Assembly: GCA_046080565.1 (NCBI GenBank)
Contig: JBJTUF010000092.1
Span: 5,135-69,134, forward strand
Reading direction: 5' to 3'
Length of the DNA: 64,000 bases
From: Cuspidothrix sp.
GTDB lineage: Bacteria; Cyanobacteriota; Cyanobacteriia; Cyanobacteriales; Nostocaceae
Position numbers and translations under genes: made by a program
Shown here: in pieces, positions 40,902-50,868 of the stretch
How positions within the stretch are numbered: position 1 is the stretch's first letter
Layout of the letters: each line of letters starts with the position of its first letter
Notes under the pieces: model-generated
What the model was told of the DNA's origin: nothing
The model's database searches: none
The model's input: only the letters and a program-made list of their open reading frames with translations

Positions 40902-42404
40902 TTACTTCAATGCAACTTCCGCAATTACGGTTTTTTCAGTGGTAGGAATTGCCGCTATCATGGCGGTAGTTGTTGTTTCACTCCAACGCACTAACCAAGT
41001 TGGTTGTACTCCTAAAAAGATGATTAACGATGCCAAAATTAGGGCGGGTACTTTTTCATTCCATAATACTCTGGGATAGTAGGCTAGGTTATTTTGTAGT
41101 TTGCCAAAGCAAGTCCGATTGAGAAGAATGACAAAATAAACTGCTGTTAAACCAGATGCAACTACACATAAAAGTGTGGGAATAGGGAAGGTGGAAAAAC
41201 TACCTTGAAAGGAAATAAATTCAGCAATGAAACCTGTTAAACCAGGGATACCTGCGCTGGCCATGCCACTTAAAACCAGCAAAGCACTAATTAATGGTAA
41301 ACCGCGAATTGGACTCATTAAACCATTGAGTTTGTCTAATTCTCTTGTACCAACTTTGATTTCGACAACACCGACTAAATGAAAGAGAATAGCGAGAATA
41401 ATTCCATGACTAAACATTTGGGCAACTGCACCAACTAATGCTAAGGGTGTAGCTGCTGCTGCTGCTAGTGCAATATAGCCCATGTGACCGATAGAACTAT
41501 AGGCTACCATGCGTTTAATGTCTGTTTGAGCGATCGCTACTACTGCCCCATAAATAGCACTAATTGCTCCCCAAATTGCTAATGTTGGGGCGATAATGTG
41601 CCAAGCTTGGGGAAACATTCCCAAACCAAATCTTAATAGTCCATAAGTTCCCAGTTTGGCTAAGATTCCACCGAGTAAAATAGCGATAGGTGTGGAAGCT
41701 TCGACGTAAGCATCTGGTAGCCAAGTATGGAAGGGAATTAAGGGAATTTTAATCCCAAAACCTAAAACTATTCCTGCTAATAATACTAATTGCATTCCCA
41801 CAGAAATATTCTGTGTAGCTACAGCGTCAAAGGCAAAACTGCGAGAACCAGTTAACCACACGATGCCTAAAAATGTGGCTAAAATAAACGCCCCAGAAAT
41901 TGCTGTATAAATCAGGAATTTCATACCAGCATAGGCACGTTTTTCTCCTCCCCAAATGGAAATTAGTAAATAAAAGGGGATTAATTCTAATTCATAAAAC
42001 AGGAAAAACAAAAGTAAGTTCTGTGATAAAAACGCGCCAGCAACTCCACCACTTACAAATAAAACTAGGGCATAGAATAACCGAGGACGTTCTGTGTCTT
42101 TGCTGCTAGTATAAATAGCAATCCAAGTCAGGAAGCTATTTAATACCAACATTAATACTGATAGTCCATCTACTCCTAGTTGATAACTTAAACCTAATGT
42201 TTCATTCCAAGGTAAATATTCTGTAAATTGCATCCCTGGGTTGCTAACATCAAATCTTAGCAAAATGAAAATATTCCACAGTAAGACTAAACCTGTGACT
42301 ATTAAAGATGCTAATCGAGTCCGATGAGCAGGAATATCTTTTACTGGATAAAAGCCGATGAATATAGCGGCTATAATTGGTAGCCAGATTAAAACACTCA
42401 ACAT
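40902..42404 (-). CDS. ndhD3: NDH-1 subunit D3 (CO2 uptake)
   Basis: NdhD motifs LGVDGLS, HTWLPDAY and AYSSIGHMG; operon context. Confidence 0.92.
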   Translation of the reverse strand: MLSVLIWLPIIAAIFIGFYPVKDIPAHRTRLASLIVTGLVLLWNIFILLRFDVSNPGMQFTEYLPWNETLGLSYQLGVDGLSVLMLVLNSFLTWIAIYTSSKDTERPRLFYALVLFVSGGVAGAFLSQNLLLFFLFYELELIPFYLLISIWGGEKRAYAGMKFLIYTAISGAFILATFLGIVWLTGSRSFAFDAVATQNISVGMQLVLLAGIVLGFGIKIPLIPFHTWLPDAYVEASTPIAILLGGILAKLGTYGLLRFGLGMFPQAWHIIAPTLAIWGAISAIYGAVVAIAQTDIKRMVAYSSIGHMGYIALAAAAATPLALVGAVAQMFSHGIILAILFHLVGVVEIKVGTRELDKLNGLMSPIRGLPLISALLVLSGMASAGIPGLTGFIAEFISFQGSFSTFPIPTLLCVVASGLTAVYFVILLNRTCFGKLQNNLAYYPRVLWNEKVPALILASLIIFLGVQPTWLVRWSETTTTAMIAAIPTTEKTVIAEVALK

Positions 42405-42565
42405 ATTTATAAATTGGTAATTGGTAATTGGTGATTGGTGATTGGTAATTGGTAATTGATTTACAGTAAGGATTCAGGGAACAGAGAAGATAAAAGGAAA
42501 ATGTTCTTCATTCTGAACTCCTGACTGGTCACTGAGCGAAGTCGAAGTGCTGACTCCTGCTCTAT

Positions 42566-44425
42566 TTAAAAGATAAAATCTATGAATTGAATTCCCCAAA
42601 AAGGCCATGTCACCCAAGCACCTAAACAACCAACTCCTAATAGGACTGTCAAGGCATAAAATTGAGTTTGTCCATTATTGCTATATTTCAAGCCTTCACC
42701 ACCTAAAAGGGAGAATAAACCCACAAAATTGACAATCCCATCTACCACGAATCTATCTAACATATCGGCAAATTTAGACAGTTGGGCAACACCAAAAATA
42801 ATGGTAACTTTGTATAGTTTGGGGGTGTAAAAGTCGTAGGCAAATAAATTTTGTAAACCTTCCAAGGGTAAACGAATTGGTTTAGGAATGTTGCCTAAAT
42901 AGATGATGCTGCTAATACTGCAACCAAAGATGCTTGACCAAATTAATAGGAGGGCAACATCTTTATTTAAAGTTGCCCAATTGGGAAGTAATGATAAACT
43001 TTGTAGGACTAAGGGCAGGTGTAAGACAAAGCCGCATAAAATCATCATTGGTAGAACCATTAACCAAATAGCTTCGGGGGAACGTTCGCTCATTTGTTTG
43101 GGTTTACCACCAAAAATTAATCCGAATTCTCTGGTTAAACTAAATGCGGTTAGGGCATTCACAAGAATGATGATGCCTACTAAAGTTGGGTTTGTCGCCC
43201 ACAAACCATCAGCTAATTTGAATAAAGCCCAAAAACTACCTAAAGGGGGAAAACCAATTAAACCTAATGTACCGATAATAAATGCTAAACCGGACATGGG
43301 ACGACGTGACCACAGGCCACCTAGTTGGGTAACATCTTGGGTGACACTGTTCCAAACAATTCCCCCGGCACTCATGACTAATAATGCAGAGGCGAGGGCA
43401 TGGGTGAGAACTAATAAGAGTGCGGCTTCGTTTTGCTGTGTGCCTACAGCAATAAATATTAAGCCCATGTAAACACTGACAGAATAGGATAAGCAGCGTT
43501 TAATGTCAATTTGAGCGATCGCAATTAATGAACCACCAATAGCTGTCAATGCACCAATAGCCACTATCGCCGAAGATGCCACAGGGGATAAACTAAACAC
43601 AGGTTGCAATTTAATCAACACCCATCCACCACTGGCAACCACTACCGAACTCCGCAAAATTGTACTGGGAACAGGCCCCTCCATTGCTTCATCTAGCCAC
43701 AGATGCAAGGGAAACTGAGCGCATTTACCCATTGGGCCAGCAATTAATCCGAAACATACTAAGGTGATAATTGTGGGGTCAACTTTGGCTGTGGCAGCCC
43801 ATTGAGTTAATTCTGTATAATTCCAAGTTCCTGAAAGTCTCCAAAGTCCCAAGACACCCATTAATAGAAACAAGTCTCCTACCCGTTTGGTTAAAAAAGC
43901 ATCTCGCGCCCCAGTGACCACTAAAGGTTGACTAAACCACAAACCTACTAATAAGTAAGTTCCCAAGGTGAGGATTTCCAGAATTACATAGGTAAAAAAC
44001 AAATTGTTACATAAAACTAAGGCACAAAGACCAGCTTCAAATAATCCCAATAAGGAAAAGAAGCGTCCCCAACCCCAGTCCATTTCCATGTAACCAATAG
44101 CATATATCTGTGCAAGCAAGTTTAAACCGGCAATAATAATTATTGCCCCGACGCTGACTGAAGAAATTTGCAAATTAATGGTTAGGTCTAAACCTGCGGT
44201 GGATAGCCAAGGAATAAACACTTCTTTGGCGGGATGATTCCAAGTAGCAGGGAAAGCTAAGACAGCATGGAGAAAGGAGAACAAGGTCATCGTCACATTG
44301 ACGTATCCTGCTGGTCTAGGCCCGGTTTTGCGAATAATTCCCGGCGACCAAGGTATGGCTAAAAGCCCACCAATTAAAGCATAAATTGGGGTTAGCCAAA
44401 CAGTGTCTAATAAATACTGAGCCAT
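42566..44425 (-). CDS. ndhF3: NDH-1 subunit F3 (CO2 uptake)
   Basis: PWSPGIIRKTGPRPAGY and KCAQFPLHLWLDEAMEGP motifs. Confidence 0.93.
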   Translation of the reverse strand: MAQYLLDTVWLTPIYALIGGLLAIPWSPGIIRKTGPRPAGYVNVTMTLFSFLHAVLAFPATWNHPAKEVFIPWLSTAGLDLTINLQISSVSVGAIIIIAGLNLLAQIYAIGYMEMDWGWGRFFSLLGLFEAGLCALVLCNNLFFTYVILEILTLGTYLLVGLWFSQPLVVTGARDAFLTKRVGDLFLLMGVLGLWRLSGTWNYTELTQWAATAKVDPTIITLVCFGLIAGPMGKCAQFPLHLWLDEAMEGPVPSTILRSSVVVASGGWVLIKLQPVFSLSPVASSAIVAIGALTAIGGSLIAIAQIDIKRCLSYSVSVYMGLIFIAVGTQQNEAALLLVLTHALASALLVMSAGGIVWNSVTQDVTQLGGLWSRRPMSGLAFIIGTLGLIGFPPLGSFWALFKLADGLWATNPTLVGIIILVNALTAFSLTREFGLIFGGKPKQMSERSPEAIWLMVLPMMILCGFVLHLPLVLQSLSLLPNWATLNKDVALLLIWSSIFGCSISSIIYLGNIPKPIRLPLEGLQNLFAYDFYTPKLYKVTIIFGVAQLSKFADMLDRFVVDGIVNFVGLFSLLGGEGLKYSNNGQTQFYALTVLLGVGCLGAWVTWPFWGIQFIDFIF

Positions 44426-44692
44426 TCAATTACCTCTATAGTTTCCAGCAAAAATTAAAGAAAACAGAGCAACTAACGTTGATCCCCATCAATCTAGGTG
44501 TGACGGATAATGGAAATTTATCTTTGTCTAATATTGTTAAAATTAGCTTACCGTTATCTGAGCTAAAAAGGAATTATTTAATTAGATAAATTCACGATAT
44601 TTTCTCTAAATTATTCTTATATTTCAATGGATTACATTATTAAATAGTAACCATTATGTATAATCTATGTATTGTATTTTTCTTTCTATTCT

Positions 44693-44767
44693 GGACTTAC
44701 GCAAAACCTACTTCAAATACTGTCATTGCGACGTAAGGAAGCAATCTCAAACCCCTATATTTCGTTA
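44693..44767. mobile_element. Truncated GGACTTACGCA-family MITE
   Basis: Left TIR and body match 47863; right TIR missing. Confidence 0.7.
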
Positions 44768-44808
44768 CTATCTATAATAAAGGGGCGGTGTTTTCCACCC
44801 CATCAAAT

Positions 44809-45003
44809 TCACACTTGAGTCATTATGTCAAGATGCAAATGAGGGAAATTATTGCCAGCAATGATTACAGGTTGGCTAAGTTGGCTAATGGGCGCTGGTT
44901 GCATATCCCGGTAATCAATAACTTGAACGATAATTAGGTAGGCGATCGCTAGTATAATAGAAATTGCACCAGTAATAATGGCAACTATCTGAGAACGGTT
45001 CAT
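44809..45003 (-). CDS. Small membrane hypothetical protein
   Basis: One TM helix, MNRSQIVAIITGAISIILAIAYL. Confidence 0.65.
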   Translation of the reverse strand: MNRSQIVAIITGAISIILAIAYLIIVQVIDYRDMQPAPISQLSQPVIIAGNNFPHLHLDIMTQV

Positions 45004-45109
45004 GAGTATTTCCTACAAATCTTATATAGAGGCTAGTATATCTAGTTTGCCAGAATATATCGAAACCTGATAATATAACCGCAACCATAGAATATACCAG
45101 TGAATCAAT

Positions 45110-45586
45110 ATGTTTAATTTAAAAGCAATAGCTAAACTAAAGAAAATTATTTTTACAGTATTCCTGACTCTGAGCATTAGTTTAATAGCTCCTGCTACTT
45201 CTGGCGCTGCTAATTTAGGAGTTGAGTCAGGTCATCTTAGTTCCTGTCCACCTTCCCCTAATTGCGTTGTTAGTCAAAATGGTGATAATCAACACGCTAT
45301 TGCACCAATTACCTATCATGTAGAACGAGATAAAGCTAAAGAAATAGTCTTAAAAGTTCTCACTGTTGTTCCTCGCACAGAAGTGATTGAACAAACAGAT
45401 AATTATATTCATGCTATTTCTAAAAGCCGCATTTTCAAATTTGTTGATGATGTGGAGTTCTATTTTCCTAGCAATGAGTCAGTCATTCATATTCGTTCCT
45501 CATCTCGTGTGGGAGAGTCGGATTTTGGTGTTAACCGCACTCGTTTAGAACAAATTCGGTTAGCTTTAAAGGACTTAAATATTTAG
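45110..45586 (+). CDS. DUF1499 domain protein
   Basis: CPPSPNCVVSQ, FVDDVEF and RSSSRVGESDFGVNR motifs. Confidence 0.9.
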   Translation: MFNLKAIAKLKKIIFTVFLTLSISLIAPATSGAANLGVESGHLSSCPPSPNCVVSQNGDNQHAIAPITYHVERDKAKEIVLKVLTVVPRTEVIEQTDNYIHAISKSRIFKFVDDVEFYFPSNESVIHIRSSSRVGESDFGVNRTRLEQIRLALKDLNI

Positions 45587-45612
45587 GTTACTACGGTAAA
45601 TTTTCCCATTGT

Positions 45613-45731
45613 TTAGCTATTTTTCGCGGGTTTTAAGGGGCTGGAATTAATAAGTCCTAGAATTTGATTTAAACCACGCAACTGTTCAGATGTACCCATA
45701 CAAATTAGGGTGTCTCCTGACATTAAAATAG
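45613..45731 (-). pseudogene. Displaced duplicate of the 3' end of the K+ channel gene
   Basis: Encodes ILMSGDTLICMGTSEQLRGLNQILGLINSSPLKPAKNS*, homologous to 46744..46860. Confidence 0.85.
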
Positions 45732-45963
45732 ATTTAGGGTGCATTATATGTCAAAAATGCGTTTATTTACATGATTTATGCTGTCTGACGTACCCTACTA
45801 ATATGCTGCAAACATATAATTTAGCAGTAAATAGAGATGTTTAATTTAATAACACTTATAAAATACTATGTAAAAATATATAAACTAAATAGACATCATT
45901 GATTTATAAGCGATAAGTTTTACTGAAGATGTTTTTTACTCAGAGTTTCAGAGGATTTACTTG

Positions 45964-46581
45964 ATGTTCAATCTTCAACGTATTAAAAGTTTAAGTTTCA
46001 CAACCGCAGTTGTTGCTACTACTGTTGGATTATCAATTTTTTCTAGTGCTAACCCATCACAAGCTGGTACTTTGACTATACCTTTGTCTGTGGAGAGCTT
46101 CAGTCTGAATGGAGACGCTCAACTGTTAGAATCTCCAACATCTAAAATTCCTGATATAATTTCTCTAGGGAATGGTGGATCCGCGACTTCTCCAGTCTCT
46201 CCTTTTCTTGATCTTAGCAAGATAAAACCGACAACCTTACACTTTAACTACACTTTTTCTGGATCTGATAAACTGAATTTAATATTTCAGAAGTTCAATC
46301 CCGATAAGCTTACTTTCACGGAGATCACTAAGTTATCATTAGCTAAGTCTACAGGTGAAGTTGCAGATTTTACGTTAAGTGATTTTGTTACATCTCCAGG
46401 CTTTTATACTGTTACTCATCAACTTACAGGAAACGGTTCGGCACAGTTTAAAGATTTTAGTTTAGTAATACAAAATGTTCCTGAACCCAGCGTGATATTA
46501 GGCTTATTCGGTTTAGGGATGGCAGCATTCACTTTGAAGAATAAACGCAAGTTGAATGTATTAGTGAAATCAGCTTCTTAG
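45964..46581 (+). CDS. PEP-CTERM sorting domain protein
   Basis: Signal peptide ending ANPSQA; C-terminal VPEPS, TM helix and KNKRK. Confidence 0.9.
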   Translation: MFNLQRIKSLSFTTAVVATTVGLSIFSSANPSQAGTLTIPLSVESFSLNGDAQLLESPTSKIPDIISLGNGGSATSPVSPFLDLSKIKPTTLHFNYTFSGSDKLNLIFQKFNPDKLTFTEITKLSLAKSTGEVADFTLSDFVTSPGFYTVTHQLTGNGSAQFKDFSLVIQNVPEPSVILGLFGLGMAAFTLKNKRKLNVLVKSAS

Positions 46582-46743
46582 AGATTTCTCACAAGTATAG
46601 CAACAAACAACAGGCAAAAGTAAAACCCTATTAATGACTGAGTTTCAGATTTTCAAATATCAAAGTTTTTAGAGTTTGTTAGCGATCGCTCACTTCTAAC
46701 AAGAATCTTACCAAACACCCTTAACAATCAACTAAATCTTCCA

Positions 46744-47808
46744 TTACGTAATTTTTGGTCTGCGTAATTCTTGAGAATTAATAGGGCCAAGAATTTGATT
46801 TAAACTGCGCAATTGTTCAGCCGTACCCATACAAATTAGGGTATCACCTGACATTAAAATAGTATCACCTGTTGGGCCACCAATAAGTGTACCATCAAGG
46901 CGGCGAACAGCGAGAACTAAAGCCCCTGATTGCGATCGCAATTTAGCTTTTTGTAAAGTTTGACCCACAAAAGGACACCTAGCTGGATCTAGTAAAAATT
47001 CTTCCATATATAATTGGCGGTCTGCACCAGAGAGAATTCCATCCACAAAGTCTAAGATTTGAGGTCTGAGGGCTGCTGCTGCCATACGTTTTCCCCCTGT
47101 AATATATGGTGAAATTACGGCATCCGCGCCACCACGCTGTAATTTTTGTAACGCTTCTTCTGTACTAGCGCGGGCGATCGCTCTAATTTGGGGATTCAGA
47201 GTTTTTGCTGAGAGAACAGTGTATAAATTTTCTGCATCTGAAGGCAAAGCCGCCACAATACAAATTGCTCGTTCCACACCAACCTTAAACAAGGTATCAT
47301 CTAATGTTGCGTCACCTTGAAAAACAGTATAACCAATTTCTTGAGCTTTTTGTACTGATTCAACTTCTGAATCAATAACTACAAAAGAAACACTTTCAGC
47401 CCGAAATTCCTTAGCAATTTGTCGGCCAGTGCGGCTAAATCCACAAATAATATAATGTCCTGATAATGATTCCATTAAACGCCTTTGTTGTCGCAGTTTA
47501 ATTCCTTCCAGAAAATAGCCTTCAATTACTGCCCCTGTGAATCTATTCACAATATAACCAAGATTCACCACACCCATCAAAATTAAGGCAATAGTAAACA
47601 ACCGCCCCCGACTACCCAAAGGATTAGTTTCTCCATAACCTACAGTAGCCAAAGTAATCACAGTCATGTAAGCTGCATCTTCCCATGACCAGCCTTCAAC
47701 CAGACAATACCATAAAGTCCCAATTAAAAAAATACAGCCTAAGGCCAGCGCCCCAGCTATTAACTCTTTTTGAATACGTTGATATTTTTGTTCAAGGGTA
47801 GAATACAC
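46744..47808 (-). CDS. Potassium channel with TrkA-N/TrkA-C domains
   Basis: TVGYGE selectivity filter, IICGFSRTG Rossmann motif and RCK-C domain. Confidence 0.92.
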   Translation of the reverse strand: MYSTLEQKYQRIQKELIAGALALGCIFLIGTLWYCLVEGWSWEDAAYMTVITLATVGYGETNPLGSRGRLFTIALILMGVVNLGYIVNRFTGAVIEGYFLEGIKLRQQRRLMESLSGHYIICGFSRTGRQIAKEFRAESVSFVVIDSEVESVQKAQEIGYTVFQGDATLDDTLFKVGVERAICIVAALPSDAENLYTVLSAKTLNPQIRAIARASTEEALQKLQRGGADAVISPYITGGKRMAAAALRPQILDFVDGILSGADRQLYMEEFLLDPARCPFVGQTLQKAKLRSQSGALVLAVRRLDGTLIGGPTGDTILMSGDTLICMGTAEQLRSLNQILGPINSQELRRPKIT

Positions 47809-47862
47809 AGGTAATTAAAAATTAAGAATTAAAAATTAAAAAGGTTCTCCTTTATTTTATCT

Positions 47863-47951
47863 GGACTTACGCAAAACCTACTTCAAATACTGTCATTGCC
47901 ACGTAAATAAGCAATCTCAAACCCCTAAATTGCGTCAAACTGCGTAAGTCC
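47863..47951. mobile_element. 89-bp GGACTTACGCA-family MITE
   Basis: Perfect 11-bp TIRs. Confidence 0.85.
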
Positions 47952-48034
47952 TATTTATATTAACTTAATTTACTGATAATTTGATCACTTTTTATTTTCA
48001 GTACAGCAACAATCAACATTTTTCACCTTAACCC

Positions 48035-48066
48035 TTGACTCTCCAGTCAACTGGAGGATTCAAAAT
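48035..48066 (+). promoter_or_regulatory. MerR-type promoter/operator of the Cu-ATPase
   Basis: TTGACT, then dyad CTCCAGT-CA-ACTGGAG, then CAAAAT at a 20-bp spacer. Confidence 0.75.
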
Positions 48067-48099
48067 AAAGTTAGTTCTTAATAGTCCCCAAATCCCATT

Positions 48100-50409
48100 A
48101 TGGAAAACACCACCCTCAAACTACGCGGTATGAGTTGTGCTGGTTGTGCCAACAGCGTAGAAAACGCTATTAATTCTGTTCCAGGTGTAATTGAATGTAT
48201 CGTTAACTTTGGTGCAGAACAAGCCACAATTAAATATAACCCCAAAATTACAGATTTACCCACAATTCAAAAAGCCGTAGAAGTTGCAGGTTATTCAGCT
48301 TATCCACTCCAAAAACAACAACTTTTGGTAGGAGAAGATGATCAAGAAAAAAGATATCGTCAACATAAATTACGCCAATTAACCCAAAAATTCACAGTGG
48401 GAGCAATCATTAGTATTTTACTCTTAATTGGCTCTTTACCTATGATGACAGGATTAAATTTACCATTTATTCCTGCATGGTTACATAATTCCTGGACACA
48501 ATTAATCTTAACAACTCCCGTACAATTTGGTTGTGGTTATTCCTTCTACATCAACGCTGTAAAAGCCTTTAAACGCCATACAGCCACAATGGATACTCTC
48601 ATCGCTTTGGGAACAAGTGCAGCCTATTTTTACTCTTTATTTGCCACCTTATTTCCTGAATTTTTCATTAATCAAGGTATCATGGCAGATGTCTATTATG
48701 AAACATCCGCTATAGTCATTACCTTAATTTTATTAGGTAAATTATTTGAAAATCGCGCCAAAGGACAAACATCCGATGCTATTCGTAAATTAGTTGGATT
48801 ACAAGCAAAAACTGCCCGTTTAATTCGCAACAGTCAAGAAATTGATGTACCGTTAGAAGAAGTCCAAATTAATGATATTATTTTAGTTCGTCCTGGAGAA
48901 AAAATACCCGTTGATGGTGAAATTATTAGCGGTACATCAACAATTGATGAAGCCATGATTACAGGTGAAAGTATACCTGTAAGAAAACAACCAGGAGATG
49001 AAGTAATTGGTGCAACAATTAACCAAAGCGGCAGTTTTAAATTTAAAGCCACAAGAGTAGGTACAGATACAGTATTAGCCCAAATTGTCCAATTAGTACA
49101 ACAAGCACAAGGTTCTAAAGCACCAATTCAAAGATTAGCAGACCAAGTAACCGGTTGGTTTGTACCTGGAGTCATAGCAATTTCTTTACTAACTTTTATT
49201 ATTCGGTTTAACGTTACAGGCAATCTTTCTTTATCACTTATTACTACAGTTGGGGTTTTAATTATTGCTTGTCCTTGTGCATTGGGTTTAGCTACACCGA
49301 CATCTGTAATGGTAGGAACAGGTAAAGGTGCAGAAAATGGCATTTTAATTAAAGGTGCAGAAAGTCTAGAATTAGCTTATAAAATCCAAACCATTGTCTT
49401 AGATAAAACTGGCACTATTACTCAAGGTAAACCCACCGTCACAGATTTTATTACCGTTCATGGTACAGCAGGAAATAATGAAATTAAATTACTAAAATTA
49501 GCTGCAACATTAGAAACTAATTCAGAACATCCATTAGCCGAAGCAGTGGTTAAATATGCCCAAAATCAAGAAATAGATTTCACAGAAATTAAAGACTTTG
49601 AGGGAATTACCGGCAGTGGAGTACAGGGTTTAGTAGATAATCATCTCATCCAAATTGGTACAGAAAAATGGATGTCAGAATTAAACATTGACACCACAGA
49701 ATTACAAAACCAAAAACAAAAGTTAGAGTATTTAGGTAAAACAGCAATATTGATAGCTGTTGATGGTACAATCCAAGGATTAATAGGTATTACTGATGCT
49801 ATTAAACCCACTTCTCGACAAACTGTAAAAGCATTACAAAAAATGGGTTTAGAAGTGGTAATGTTAACAGGAGATAATCGCCGGACTGCGGAAAGTATTG
49901 CCCGTGAAGTTGGTATTACCACGGTTTTAGCTGAAGTTAGACCAGATGAAAAAGTCAAAACAATTAAATCTTTACAAGTCGAAAATACGGAGATAAATTT
50001 ATCTGTAAAATCCAAAATCAAAAATCCAAAATCTAAAATTGTAGCCATGGTGGGAGATGGAATTAATGATGCACCAGCACTAGCACAAGCAGATGTAGGC
50101 ATAGCAATTGGCACAGGAACAGATATTGCCATAGCAGCTAGTGATATTACCCTCATTTCCGGTGATTTACAAGGCATTATTACCGCCATCCAACTCAGTC
50201 GCGCTACCATTAGGAATATCCAACAAAATCTGTTTTTTGCCTTTATTTATAACGTTGTTGGTATTCCCATTGCTGCGGGTATTCTGTTTCCTTTCTTTGG
50301 TTGGTTGCTAAACCCAATTATCGCTGGTGCAGCAATGGCTTTTAGTTCAGTTTCTGTTGTCACTAATGCTTTAAGATTGCGTAAATTTCAAGCCAAATTT
50401 ATTATTTAA
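48100..50409 (+). CDS. pacS: Cu(I)-translocating P1B-type ATPase
   Basis: [31 protein letters not shown] and MAFSS motifs. Confidence 0.9.
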   Translation: MENTTLKLRGMSCAGCANSVENAINSVPGVIECIVNFGAEQATIKYNPKITDLPTIQKAVEVAGYSAYPLQKQQLLVGEDDQEKRYRQHKLRQLTQKFTVGAIISILLLIGSLPMMTGLNLPFIPAWLHNSWTQLILTTPVQFGCGYSFYINAVKAFKRHTATMDTLIALGTSAAYFYSLFATLFPEFFINQGIMADVYYETSAIVITLILLGKLFENRAKGQTSDAIRKLVGLQAKTARLIRNSQEIDVPLEEVQINDIILVRPGEKIPVDGEIISGTSTIDEAMITGESIPVRKQPGDEVIGATINQSGSFKFKATRVGTDTVLAQIVQLVQQAQGSKAPIQRLADQVTGWFVPGVIAISLLTFIIRFNVTGNLSLSLITTVGVLIIACPCALGLATPTSVMVGTGKGAENGILIKGAESLELAYKIQTIVLDKTGTITQGKPTVTDFITVHGTAGNNEIKLLKLAATLETNSEHPLAEAVVKYAQNQEIDFTEIKDFEGITGSGVQGLVDNHLIQIGTEKWMSELNIDTTELQNQKQKLEYLGKTAILIAVDGTIQGLIGITDAIKPTSRQTVKALQKMGLEVVMLTGDNRRTAESIAREVGITTVLAEVRPDEKVKTIKSLQVENTEINLSVKSKIKNPKSKIVAMVGDGINDAPALAQADVGIAIGTGTDIAIAASDITLISGDLQGIITAIQLSRATIRNIQQNLFFAFIYNVVGIPIAAGILFPFFGWLLNPIIAGAAMAFSSVSVVTNALRLRKFQAKFII

Positions 50410-50420
50410 AGGAGTGAAAA

Positions 50421-50675
50421 ATGTTAAGTAAAAAGACAATTATCACCAATATTGCTATCTACGGAATAATGTTGAGTATAGCCGCAGGTACAGCAATAGC
50501 GAACCCAAATCATGAAACGGATAAACAACAAACAGCAAAATTTTCAAATATCGAACAACCATTATTAATTAAAACAACCGTAACATTAGGAGGTTTAGGA
50601 TTAATTGGTTTAGAATTATGGTGGTTTTTAATCAGTAAACCCAAATCTAAAAAAGCCGATGTTAATATTGAATAA
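50421..50675 (+). CDS. Small membrane protein of the copper locus
   Basis: AAGGAG RBS; signal peptide and GLELWWFL TM segment. Confidence 0.65.
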   Translation: MLSKKTIITNIAIYGIMLSIAAGTAIANPNHETDKQQTAKFSNIEQPLLIKTTVTLGGLGLIGLELWWFLISKPKSKKADVNIE

Positions 50676-50868
50676 GTCGTGGGATGAAAAATGATTACAG
50701 AATAACGAACCGCAGAGGACACAGAGAAATAAGGGTTTGAGAGATATTTTGCGTAAGTTATGGTATTTTAGCAATAATTCTTTACTTAGGCGATTATTGA
50801 GAATCAAATAAGTAAGATACTATGTTTTGTATGGGTTTATTTACCATTACTTAAAATCATTATCTATT

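Noticed and set aside
42903-43472. Long antisense ORFs (also 49641..50210, 21328..21729 and 24437..24790) and other alternate-frame ORFs
   Set aside because: They are shadows of well-supported genes
44426-44690. NdhR/CcmR operator upstream of ndhF3
   Set aside because: Expected biologically, but no convincing ATAG-N8-CTAT match was found by eye
34780-49210. Several CGG codons where Trp might be expected (ENRLP, FDRVI, IIRFN), hinting at decay or systematic error
   Set aside because: The expected residues rely on my memory of homologs and cannot be supported without an alignment
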